From an uncultured Alphaproteobacteria bacterium (lineage in GTDB: Bacteria; Pseudomonadota; Alphaproteobacteria; Acetobacterales; Acetobacteraceae): 64,000 nucleotides of DNA. Within the stretch, counting starts at the first letter, position 1. Each line of letters begins with the position of its first letter. A program made the translations under genes and the position numbers. Under the pieces are notes generated by a model. It was not told where the DNA came from, did no database searches, and saw only the letters and a program-made list of their open reading frames with translations. Below, in pieces: positions 1 to 8,295 of the stretch. The stretch is taken from NCBI GenBank assembly GCA_963826975.1, contig CAWGZJ010000005.1, positions 302,959-366,958 of the forward strand, read 5' to 3'.

Positions 1-290
1 CGCGCATGAAGGTCTTCTGGTCGCCGTCGACGATGGTGCCCGGCGGGATTGTGCCGGCGGGGATCGTACCGGGGGGGTTGTCGGTCGCCATGCCGGCGGG
101 TCCCGCGGCGACGCCGGGCGCGGCAACGTTCTGGCCGATGATCACGTTCATTGGGTCAAGCTTCCTGGCATTCGCGTTGGTGCCATAGATGTTACACCGA
201 CGGCGCTTGGCAAGCACCGGGCGGCATTGTGCTGGAACCATGCCGCCCCGCGCGAACGCCGTCCAGCCCACGCGGCCGAGGCCAACCGCA

Positions 291-378
291 TACCTCTCCC
301 GCAAGCGGGAACCGTACACCTCTCCCGCTTGCGGGAGAGGTCGAGCCGCGAAGCGTCGAGGGTGAGGGTCGAGCCGCC
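291..378. repeat. Dispersed palindromic repeat family A (ACCTCTCCCGC-N-GCGGGAGAGGTCGAGGCGCGAAGCG-CGAGGGTGAGGG), copy 1
   Basis: The same ~60-90 bp unit recurs at 22600-22656, 33627-33684, 48430-48850 (x3) and 59296-59390. Confidence 0.8.
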
Positions 379-540
379 CGCACCAGCCCTCCAAGTCCCC
401 GGCCACTACCACACCCCAACCCACAGGGCATGCCCTCGGGCGCTTGACCCGAGGGTCGTTGCGCGATTTCGCCAATTCCCTGCCCGCCCACGGCGAGAGA
501 GGTTCTCCCCCTCCCCTTGAGGGTGTACAGACCGGGGACA

Positions 541-1874
541 TGGGTAACAGCTGTTCGGAGACATGGGTGACACTGGTTCGGCCGGATTTGGCCGGATTGA
601 GGAACACTCGATGCCTTTGTGGGAGCTGTCGGTGGTGGAGCAACGGGAGACGTTCGTGAAGCTTGCCCTGGCGAGCGGCGCGAACCGAAGCGAGTTGTGC
701 CGGGAATTCGGGATCAGCCGGAAGGCCGGCTACAAATGGCTTGAGCGGTATCGAGCGGCGGGCGGCGCAGGTCTTGGCGATCGCTCGCGTCGTCCGCACG
801 CGAGCCCATCGCGGACGGCTGATGCGACGGTGGCCGAGGTGCTGCGTATCCGGGCGTCGAGCAATAACGCCTGGGGTGGACGCAAGATCGCCTGGACGCT
901 GGCCAGCCATGGCTGGCGGCCAGTGCCAGCATTGAGCACGATCACCGAGATCCTGCGTCGCCACGGCAAGCTGGATCGCCAGGCGCAGCATCCCGGGCCG
1001 CATGTTCGATTTGAGCGCGCTGAACCCAACGAATTGTGGCAGATGGACTTCAAGGGGCATTTCGCGCTGGCGCTGGGGCGCTGCCATCCGCTCACGGTGC
1101 TCGATGATCACTCGCGGTATTCGCTGTGCCTCGAGGCCTGCGACAACGAGCAGGACCTGACAGTTCGCGACCGCCTGAGGACGTTGTTTCGCCGCTACGG
1201 ACTGCCGTTTGCGATGCTGATGGACAATGGCGCGCCATGGGGTGACTGCGGCGGCCAACCCTTCACCATCTTCACGGCATGGCTGATGCGCCATGGCATC
1301 AGGGTCAGCCACGGGCGTGCCTACCATCCGCAGACGCAAGGCAAAGAGGAGCGTTTCCATCGTTCGTTGAAGGCGGAGGTTCTCGACCGCAACAGCTTTG
1401 CCGATCTCACGGCGTGTCAGCGCGCCTTCGACCGATGGCGGCCGATCTATAATCATGAGCGGCCGCATGAGGCGCTTGGCCTCAAGCCGCCGGCGGCGCG
1501 CTATCGCCCCAGCCCGCGGGCGTTCTGCGAGGATTTGCCGCCGATCGAGTACGGGCCTGGCGATATTGTTCGCAAGGTCGACAGCGAAGGTGTGATCAGT
1601 TTCAGGAACCGGCCCATTCGCATCGGCAAGGCGTTCCGCAAGCAACCCGTGGCGCTGCGGCCCAGTTCGGACGATGGCGTCTTCGACGTGCACTACTGCG
1701 TCCATCGCATCGGCCAGCTGGATTTGCGACCCCTCGCCGCGGCCGCCTGTGGATTTGTGGACATCGCAAGAGCGATGCCCACAAATCCACAGGCGCAGCA
1801 TCAACACCAGGTCAAAAATGGACTTTGACCCAAAGTGGAGAAGTGTCACCCATGTCTCCGAACACCTGTCACCC
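541..1874 (+). mobile_element. IS481-family insertion sequence, ~1.33 kb, with imperfect terminal inverted repeats (left GGGTAACAGCTGTTCGGAGACATGGGTGACAC, right reverse-complement GGGTGACAGGTGTTCGGAGACATGGGTGACAC)
   Basis: Terminal inverted repeats read directly at 541-573 and 1843-1874; a single transposase ORF sits between them; the element interrupts a family-B palindromic repeat (505-536 and 1875-1992). Confidence 0.7.
611..1828 (+). CDS. IS481 family transposase (N-terminal HTH, DDE integrase core with WQMDFKGH motif)
   Basis: Translation MPLWELSVVEQRETFVKLALASGANRSELCREFGISRKAGYKWLERY...WQMDFKGH...YNHERPHEALG is typical of IS481/rve transposases; the C-terminal ~30 aa are probably read-through into the right IR. 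Confidence 0.8.
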   Translation: MPLWELSVVEQRETFVKLALASGANRSELCREFGISRKAGYKWLERYRAAGGAGLGDRSRRPHASPSRTADATVAEVLRIRASSNNAWGGRKIAWTLASHGWRPVPALSTITEILRRHGKLDRQAQHPGPHVRFERAEPNELWQMDFKGHFALALGRCHPLTVLDDHSRYSLCLEACDNEQDLTVRDRLRTLFRRYGLPFAMLMDNGAPWGDCGGQPFTIFTAWLMRHGIRVSHGRAYHPQTQGKEERFHRSLKAEVLDRNSFADLTACQRAFDRWRPIYNHERPHEALGLKPPAARYRPSPRAFCEDLPPIEYGPGDIVRKVDSEGVISFRNRPIRIGKAFRKQPVALRPSSDDGVFDVHYCVHRIGQLDLRPLAAAACGFVDIARAMPTNPQAQHQHQVKNGL

Positions 1875-2261
1875 TTGACTCCGGTCCAAACAGAGGGGGG
1901 GGGTGGGGGGAGGGGTTCGGCGCGGCGTGGACCTTCGGTGGGACCCTGGCACCAACCCCTCCCCCCAACCCCCGCCCTCAAGGGGAGGGGCAGAATGCTT
2001 TGCCCCGGTCCGCCCTTATCCTGATGTCTATGGCGCACCCCTGGCCTCGCGAACACCACGCCTGGCGCGGCGGTGCCGGCCGCGCCATGAGCCTGTCCCG
2101 CGCGTCCGGCCCCCCGCCCCATAGGGTCTTTGTCGCGATTTCGACGTTCGGCGGTCTGCGAGTGGCGCACCGCCGCCCACAAGACGGCCAGCACCATCGC
2201 CAGCCGCGGCGCTATCATACACCTCGCCCGGTTGCGGGCTTGGGCCGCGAAGAGCGGACGA

Positions 2262-3878
2262 TCACCGCGTCCGCCGTCCCGCACCAGCCTGCGCGAAGGG
2301 TCGTTGCACACAATCCCTACCAAACACTGCGGTCGCACCCACCGGCGTCACCGGCGACGCACTTCGACCCGGCGCCACCGTCCGACCCACCCGCGCCGTC
2401 GCCCCGAACAGCACATCGAGTTCCGCGCGCACGCTCGGTTGCCACGTCCCGGCCGGCGTCGTGCTCCGCAGCACCGCAGCCAGGCTCGGCGCCAGCCGCC
2501 CAGGCCCACTATCGTGGCCTGGCGCAGCGGCACGCTGCTGCACTGGGCATGCCCCGGGCACCGCGGGGCATACCCCCGGCCGCTCATCCGGAGGGTTGTT
2601 GCGCAAATCTCGCAGCGGCCACTTTACCCGCACGGCGGCCTCGGGCCGGGCGGCGCTGATCAGCGTCGGGCCGCGCGGCGACGCGGGTAAGGACGAGTCC
2701 CCCGGCGATCCAGCCGCCGCCGCCTCGCCCCGAGGGTTGTTGCGCAAATCTCGCAGCGGCCACTTTACCCGCGCGGCGGCCTCGGGCCGGGTGGCGCCCA
2801 CCACGGTCGGGCCACCCGGCGACGCGGGCAAGGACGCGTCGCCCGGCGATCCAACCGCCGCCGCCTCGCCCCGAGCGCATGCCCCCGCGCGCTTGCTCGG
2901 AGGGTTGTTGCGCAAATCCTGCAGGGGCCAATGTGCCCACCCCGCGGCCCCAGGCTGGGTGGCGCTCACCAGCGTCGGGTCGCGCCACGACGTGCGCAAG
3001 GACAAGTCCCCCGGCGATCCAACCACCGCCGCCTCGTCCCGAGGGCATGCCCCCGGCCGCTCGTCCCGAGGGTCGTTGCGCAAATCGCGCGCGGCGCCAT
3101 CGCCCGACTGCCCCGCGTTCCCCCGTGCCTCCCGCTTCGCCGCGCGGGCGAACGCGATCGCCGCCTTCCACGGCGCCCGGACGGCAGCCTCGGCCCGCGC
3201 CGCCAGCCGTTCGGCCACCCGGCGCGCGGGCGTTATCGGTATCCCCTCGATCGGCGCCTGCTCCCCAGCCGCCGGTCCGTCTGCGTCCACTCCGCAGGCA
3301 TGCCCCTCGGCGCTTGACCCGAGGGTTGTTGCGGAATTCAGCAAATCCGCCAAATCGGCCGCCAACTGCGGCGCCGAATGCGACCAATGCGGCGACGCCG
3401 CCAACTCCAGCACCGGCAACGCCAGCCGAGCCGCCATCGCCGCCGGCAAATACGCCCGCAAATCCGACGCCGCGCTCAACAGCTGGCCGCGCACGATCAC
3501 GCGTCGCACGGCAAGCTCCGCCGCCCGCTTCGGCGCGCCCGCCGGCCCATCCCGCCCGTGCGTCGTCTTCGAGGCGATCATCCGCGCCATCCCCTCCATG
3601 GTGCGCGGCCCGGTGCTGGTGCCGCCATGGATGCGGCACCGCCCGTTCGCCATCGGCGGCGCGCCGCACGGCGCGCCGCAGCGCGTCCGCGCCCCGCAGC
3701 ACACCGCCGGATCGCCCGGTCCCGCAGGCTCGCCGGCGAGCGCCAACCGTCCCTCGCCCGCCTGGCCGGCCACGGACGTGCCCGGCGGCGCGCCCGGCGG
3801 CACCTCCGCCACTGGGCCAGCCTCGGCGGGATTTGCCGCCATCGGGCACAGCTTCGTCGGGTCTACGGTCACACCCAC
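2262..3878 (-). CDS. Hypothetical Cys-rich protein (zinc-ribbon-like CCGARTRCGAPCGAPPMANGRCRIHGGTSTGPRT) whose C-terminal half is encoded by the 150-bp tandem repeats (WPLRDLRNNP... units)
   Basis: ORF in the high-GC repeat region; the repeat-encoded part may be non-coding; could be a frameshifted continuation of 3869..5008. Confidence 0.3.
   Translation of the reverse strand: MGVTVDPTKLCPMAANPAEAGPVAEVPPGAPPGTSVAGQAGEGRLALAGEPAGPGDPAVCCGARTRCGAPCGAPPMANGRCRIHGGTSTGPRTMEGMARMIASKTTHGRDGPAGAPKRAAELAVRRVIVRGQLLSAASDLRAYLPAAMAARLALPVLELAASPHWSHSAPQLAADLADLLNSATTLGSSAEGHACGVDADGPAAGEQAPIEGIPITPARRVAERLAARAEAAVRAPWKAAIAFARAAKREARGNAGQSGDGAARDLRNDPRDERPGACPRDEAAVVGSPGDLSLRTSWRDPTLVSATQPGAAGWAHWPLQDLRNNPPSKRAGACARGEAAAVGSPGDASLPASPGGPTVVGATRPEAAARVKWPLRDLRNNPRGEAAAAGSPGDSSLPASPRGPTLISAARPEAAVRVKWPLRDLRNNPPDERPGVCPAVPGACPVQQRAAAPGHDSGPGRLAPSLAAVLRSTTPAGTWQPSVRAELDVLFGATARVGRTVAPGRSASPVTPVGATAVFGRDCVQRPFAQAGAGRRTR
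2560..3110. repeat. Tandem array of ~4 units of ~150 bp, each containing the family-D motif GCATGCCCCCGG..CCCGAGGGTTGTTGCGCAAATC
   Basis: Near-identical 150-bp units read directly; family-D units also occur singly at 425-480 and 3297-3345, and partially at 29612-29650 and 59395-59440. Confidence 0.75.
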
Positions 3879-5008
3879 ACCGCCACCCCGCTACCCGCGA
3901 CCTGGCGCGGCCCACCGCGGGCGGCACCGCCGCCATCCCGCGGCGCGGCCGCGGTGCCGTCGGGCCGGCGAGACACCAGGCCCGCGTGGTCCGCCGCCGC
4001 ACCAACGTTCTCAGCATCGCCCCGCGGCTCCCGGCCAGGCTGGCCATCCGGTTCGGCTGCGCCGGCTCCCGCCCGCGCACCCGGCCGGGCAGGCCAAACC
4101 TCCAGCGTCCAGCCATCGCCTTGTTCCACGGTCACGCCATCCACGCGCGCGACCTGTCCGGATGACGGTATGCTGGGCCTGCTGGGCGGACCCTCAGCCG
4201 CCACTGCGACCGGCGCCGCCGGCCCGCCCGCTGCCGTCTCGGCCCGCGGCTCTACCCTTTCCGTCGTGGCGCGCCCGGGGGCAGGCTCCGCCGGGCGAGC
4301 CACGGCGTCTTGCTCCCCAACCGCCGACCCCGGGACCGCCGTTTCACGCCGCCGAGGGCTTGCCGCCGGGTTGTCCACTGGGTTTCCCACAGGACTTTCC
4401 ACTGGGTTGCCCACCGGGTTGTCCACGCGATTTCCCCCCGACTTGCCCACTGCGCTTCCCTCTGGGCTTCCCACTGCACCTCCCACCAGTTTGCCCACTG
4501 AATTTCCCACTAAATTTCCCACCGGGCCCGCGCCAAGGAGCGGACCGTCGGCCGGCTCGCGCCGGCACCAGACCGCGTCCATCGCGTCGAGATCGAACCC
4601 GTCCACCGCCCGCACGTCGCGGAACGGCATCACCCGGAATTGCCGCCGCTCCAGCGAGCGCTCCAGCCGAGCCACCGTCTGCGCCAACGCATCCATCAGG
4701 CGGGTCAGCCGGTACATCTCCAACATGTCCAACCCCGGTGCGTGGATCTGCGCCGCAAGACCGTCCGCCATGAACTGGAACACCGCGATCTGCGCCGCCA
4801 GGTGCCCCTGTGCCGCGTCCATCGGCACCCGCGCGGCAACCTCCTCGATGACCCGTGTCACCCGCGCGTGGCGCCAGGCGGCGGTCGCCGCGGCGGGCGG
4901 CGGCGGGATGGCAGCAAACACACCGTTCAGCAGATCCGGCGGGATGTGGTACTCCGGCATCAACTCCTGGATGACGCGGAAGGTGATGGCGGCGGGATCT
5001 TCGGACAT
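3869..5008 (-). CDS. Hypothetical protein, N-terminal part (MSEDPAAITFRVIQELMPEYHIPPDLL...), with NPVGNPVESPVGNPVDNP low-complexity repeats; possibly fused by a frameshift to 2262..3878
   Basis: Long ORF preceded by an AT-rich promoter-like stretch at 5040-5100; it overlaps the next ORF by 10 nt in a different frame. Confidence 0.35.
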   Translation of the reverse strand: MSEDPAAITFRVIQELMPEYHIPPDLLNGVFAAIPPPPAAATAAWRHARVTRVIEEVAARVPMDAAQGHLAAQIAVFQFMADGLAAQIHAPGLDMLEMYRLTRLMDALAQTVARLERSLERRQFRVMPFRDVRAVDGFDLDAMDAVWCRREPADGPLLGAGPVGNLVGNSVGKLVGGAVGSPEGSAVGKSGGNRVDNPVGNPVESPVGNPVDNPAASPRRRETAVPGSAVGEQDAVARPAEPAPGRATTERVEPRAETAAGGPAAPVAVAAEGPPSRPSIPSSGQVARVDGVTVEQGDGWTLEVWPARPGARAGAGAAEPDGQPGREPRGDAENVGAAADHAGLVSRRPDGTAAAPRDGGGAARGGPRQVAGSGVAVWV

Positions 5009-5334
5009 GATGATACTCCCAGGCTGAAATCCGGTTGGTCGTTTCCGACAGTTATACTAACTTTGTGGAGAAGTCAAACTAACATTTGAATGGTACCGAT
5101 TTACTGGGTCGGAGTGCCGGTGCCGGTGGTGCAGAGCGGGCCGCGGCAAGCAAGCAACCAGCGGACACAGCGTTTCACCGCGCGCACACGGTGTCACACG
5201 GCGCAGCCCATTGGCCGCAACCAAAACAGGCTCGACCTATGGCGCCGCCATCGACCTGCCGCCGATCCAAGTGGTCGAACCGATGAACCTGTCGCGTTTT
5301 CGGCCATGTGTTGGTGCGAAGGAAGCAAGGATTA

Positions 5335-5437
5335 TTCAGCCGCCGATGAACGCCGATGAACGCCGATGACACCGTGCTGGCCTGTGAGGCGTTGGCCTTA
5401 TCGGCGTTAATCGGCGTTCATCGGCGGCTGAACCAGC
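5335..5437. other. Large intergenic hairpin with ~23-bp perfect stems (TTCAGCCGCCGATGAACGCCGAT ... ATCGGCGTTCATCGGCGGCTGAA)
   Basis: Inverted repeat read directly; it lies in a 1.7-kb region (5010-6780) without a convincing ORF. Confidence 0.6.
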
Positions 5438-5998
5438 TTTGCCGCGCCGGGCACGATCGTGGGCAACAGGCCGGAAGAATAATCTCAATCAAAATGTTAT
5501 CGTCGTGTCAGCGGAAATTCTTCGCGCGGTGCAATGATTCCTGGCGTTAGCCATGCAGCGGCAGCAAATGGCGCTACCCGCAAGGTCGCCGCGGCCGGCG
5601 CACCAGTCACCGGCGCGAAGCGCCATCAAATCTTCTCAGTGCAACTCCGTGCGCACTCGGTGTAACTCCGTGTGCACTTGATTGCTTGACCTGCCCGCCG
5701 CGCTCCCCTCCGGCAACCCACGCACGGAAATCGCGTGCCTCGCTCGGTGCCTGCGCGGGCACCGGCCCATTTGCGTTCTTTGCGGTTAAAAACCTGCCTT
5801 ACTGGCGCAGCCGCCCTCGCGCAGTCAGCCTCCGGCTCATCATCGGACACCGGGGGGCAAGCGAAGAAGATTGAACCGCAAATGAACGCAAATGGGTCCG
5901 TGCCGAGCCGACCTTCCGAGCTAAACCTCGGCTTCGCCCCGGCAAAGTTAGTGGGTAACTTGCCAGCGTTGACCAGCCCCGGTGAAATCCGTGTTTGT

Positions 5999-6099
5999 GA
6001 TAACTATTCGCAATGAATAATCACCTCGGAGACACGGCGAAGAATATCAAGTTGATCACTTGGCTTTTCCGCTCTCTGCCGCCGTGTCTCCGTGGTGAT
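5999..6099. repeat. MITE-like repeat family C, copy 1 (AT-rich arm GATAACTATTNGNAATNAANAATCACC, ~29-bp terminal inverted repeats, core ATCAAG-N-GATCACTTGGCT)
   Basis: Related copies at 15290-15454 (variant), 15613-15715, 29764-29908 and 40147-40256. Confidence 0.75.
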
Positions 6100-6151
6100 C
6101 CTCCCTTGCGGACACGCGGCAGGGCACAGATCCCGGCGAGCATCGGCTATA

Positions 6152-6445
6152 TCAACCGCTGAACCTCGCGCATTGGATGCGCCGCTTCGCGTCCGCTAAT
6201 CGATCGACGAGGTGCTTCGGCAATCGGCGGGCTCGCGCAATGTCGATGGTGTCACGGCCCGCTTCATCCACGATCGTCGGATCCGCGCCCGCCTCGATCA
6301 GCAAGTCGAGGGTCTTCAGCCGTTTGAGGCGAGCAGCGTAGTGCCCGGAGTCCTTCATTTTGCGGGGTTCGAGAAGACGCCGCCCCGCGCACCCAACGCC
6401 GCGAACAGTTCCTGCGAACAGCATAAACCCGGTCAGACCCGACAC
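6152..6445 (-). CDS. Ankyrin-repeat-like fragment (LIEAGADPTIVDEAGRDTIDIA)
   Basis: Short ORF with an ankyrin repeat signature; no clear start context. Confidence 0.25.
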   Translation of the reverse strand: MSGLTGFMLFAGTVRGVGCAGRRLLEPRKMKDSGHYAARLKRLKTLDLLIEAGADPTIVDEAGRDTIDIARARRLPKHLVDRLADAKRRIQCARFSG

Positions 6446-6783
6446 CGGCGTAGTTCAGCATCGGCCACCGGAGCGCATTGCGGTGAACCGCCCAGGCACC
6501 ACGGCACCAAATCATTAGGACCGAATCCCCGCGCTTCTTGGCGTCGTGGCGTCTTGGCGGTTCAACTAACGCGGCGAGCAACTCACTGCCGTGCCGATCA
6601 TCCGAGCTCCCGGTCCACCAACCCAACCGCGCCGCGCACCTCCAACCTACCGCCACGTTAACCCTGCGTCATGCGCCGCCCGCGCAGCCGTCGGCTGCTT
6701 GCAATGCCCGCCGGTTCCGCTATGCCGGCCAGCCGACAGATACCGGCGCATGATCCAGGGGGTCCCGGCGTGGGAGACAAAGT

Positions 6784-7557
6784 GTGACCGACGGCCCGAA
6801 CAACGCCGCGTTGATCGAGATCGAGCATCTGACCAAGCGCTTCGGTCACCTCATCGCGGTGGACGACGTGTCGTTCAGCGTCGCGCGCGGCGAGGTGCTG
6901 GGGTTTCTCGGCCCGAACGGCGCCGGCAAGTCGACCACAATGCGCATGTTGGCCGGCTTCATGCCGCCGACCTCCGGCACGGCGCGGATTTGCGGCCATG
7001 ATGTGGGGACCGACGGCATCGCCGCCCGCCGCATGCTGGGCTTCCTGCCCGAGGGCGCACCGACCTATCCCGACATGACCGTCGAGAGCTTCCTGCGCTT
7101 CGTCGCCAAGGTGCGCGGCTACCGTCGGGCCGAGCTGGACGAACGCGTGGACAAGGCGGTCGGACTGACGCATCTCGACCTGGTGCTGGCCCAACCGATC
7201 GAGACCCTGTCCAAGGGTTTCAAGCGCCGCGTCGGCCTCGCCCAGGCGCTGCTGCACGACCCGCCGGTGCTGGTGCTGGACGAACCGACCGACGGCCTCG
7301 ATCCCAACCAGAAGCGCGAGGTCCGGGCGCTGATCTCGGACATGCGGCGGCACAAGGCGATCGTCATCTCCACGCATATCCTGGAGGAGGTGGACGCCGT
7401 CTGCACCCGCGCGATCATCATCGCCGCGGGGCGCGTGGTGGCGGACGAAACGCCCACCGAACTGCAGACACGCCATCCGTCGGGCAAGCTGGAGGACGTG
7501 TTCCACCAGTTGACGATGGATCAGTTCGCGCGGGAACAGCAGAAGGAAGCCGCCTGA
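6784..7557 (+). CDS. ABC transporter ATP-binding protein (GldA-like, ABC-2 type)
   Basis: Walker A GPNGAGKST, signature LSKGFKRRV and Walker B LVLDEPTDGLD; GTG start. Confidence 0.85.
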   Translation: MTDGPNNAALIEIEHLTKRFGHLIAVDDVSFSVARGEVLGFLGPNGAGKSTTMRMLAGFMPPTSGTARICGHDVGTDGIAARRMLGFLPEGAPTYPDMTVESFLRFVAKVRGYRRAELDERVDKAVGLTHLDLVLAQPIETLSKGFKRRVGLAQALLHDPPVLVLDEPTDGLDPNQKREVRALISDMRRHKAIVISTHILEEVDAVCTRAIIIAAGRVVADETPTELQTRHPSGKLEDVFHQLTMDQFAREQQKEAA

Positions 7558-7559
7558 GC

Positions 7560-8291
7560 ATGCGAACCACGTTCATCGTCGCGCGCCGCGAGCTGGGCGG
7601 CTATTTCGCGACGCCGGTTGCCAGCGTGTTCATCGTCATCTTCCTGGTGTTGCAGGGCGCGCTGACGTTCAACCTCGGCAACTTCTTCGGCCGCGGCCTG
7701 GCCGACCTTAATCCGTTCTTCAGTTTCATTCCGTGGGTGTTCCTGCTGCTGGTCCCCGCGATCACCATGCGGCTATGGGCCGAGGAACGCCGGCTCGGCA
7801 CGATCGAGCTGCTGCTGTCGCTGCCGATCACCCAGGGCCAGGCGGTGGTAGGAAAATTCCTTGCCGCCTGGGCGTTCTGCGCCATCGCCCTGGTGCTGAC
7901 GTTTCCATTTGTGATCACCGTCAATATTCTGGGTAACCCCGACAACGGCGTGATCGCCTCGGGCTATGTCGGCGCGTTGCTGATCGCCGGGGCGTTCCTG
8001 TCGGTGGGATGTGCGCTGTCTGCAACGACGAAGAACCAGGTGATCGCCTTCGTGCTCGCGCTCGCCGTGTGTTTCCTGTTCGCCATGGCGTCATATTCGG
8101 TGGTGACCGACTTCCTCAGCCAGAACATTCCGACCCTGGCGGCGATTGCCCGCCGGCTGGCGGTGATCGACCGGTTCCAGGATTTTACCCGCGGCGTCGT
8201 TAGCGCGCGCGACCTGGTGTTCTTCGCCAGCTTCATCGGGTTCTGGCTGTTCCTCAACACGGTGATCGTCGAGCGCACGAAGGCAGGCTAG
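7560..8291 (+). CDS. ABC-2 type transporter permease (GldF-like)
   Basis: 6-TM hydrophobic 243-aa protein immediately downstream of the ATPase. Confidence 0.8.
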   Translation: MRTTFIVARRELGGYFATPVASVFIVIFLVLQGALTFNLGNFFGRGLADLNPFFSFIPWVFLLLVPAITMRLWAEERRLGTIELLLSLPITQGQAVVGKFLAAWAFCAIALVLTFPFVITVNILGNPDNGVIASGYVGALLIAGAFLSVGCALSATTKNQVIAFVLALAVCFLFAMASYSVVTDFLSQNIPTLAAIARRLAVIDRFQDFTRGVVSARDLVFFASFIGFWLFLNTVIVERTKAG

Positions 8292-8295
8292 ACCG

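Noticed and set aside
2560-3110. Possible CRISPR array (regular repeats)
   Set aside because: Units are ~150 bp, nearly identical end to end, with no unique spacers and no cas genes. It is a tandem satellite, not CRISPR. The same applies to 48421-48850.
2461-4773. Very long ORFs on the plus strand (770 aa, 549 aa, 428 aa) overlapping the minus-strand hypothetical gene and repeat array
   Set aside because: They are Arg/Pro/Ala-rich translations typical of GC-driven open frames antisense to or overlapping real genes and repeats. There is no start context or recognisable domain.
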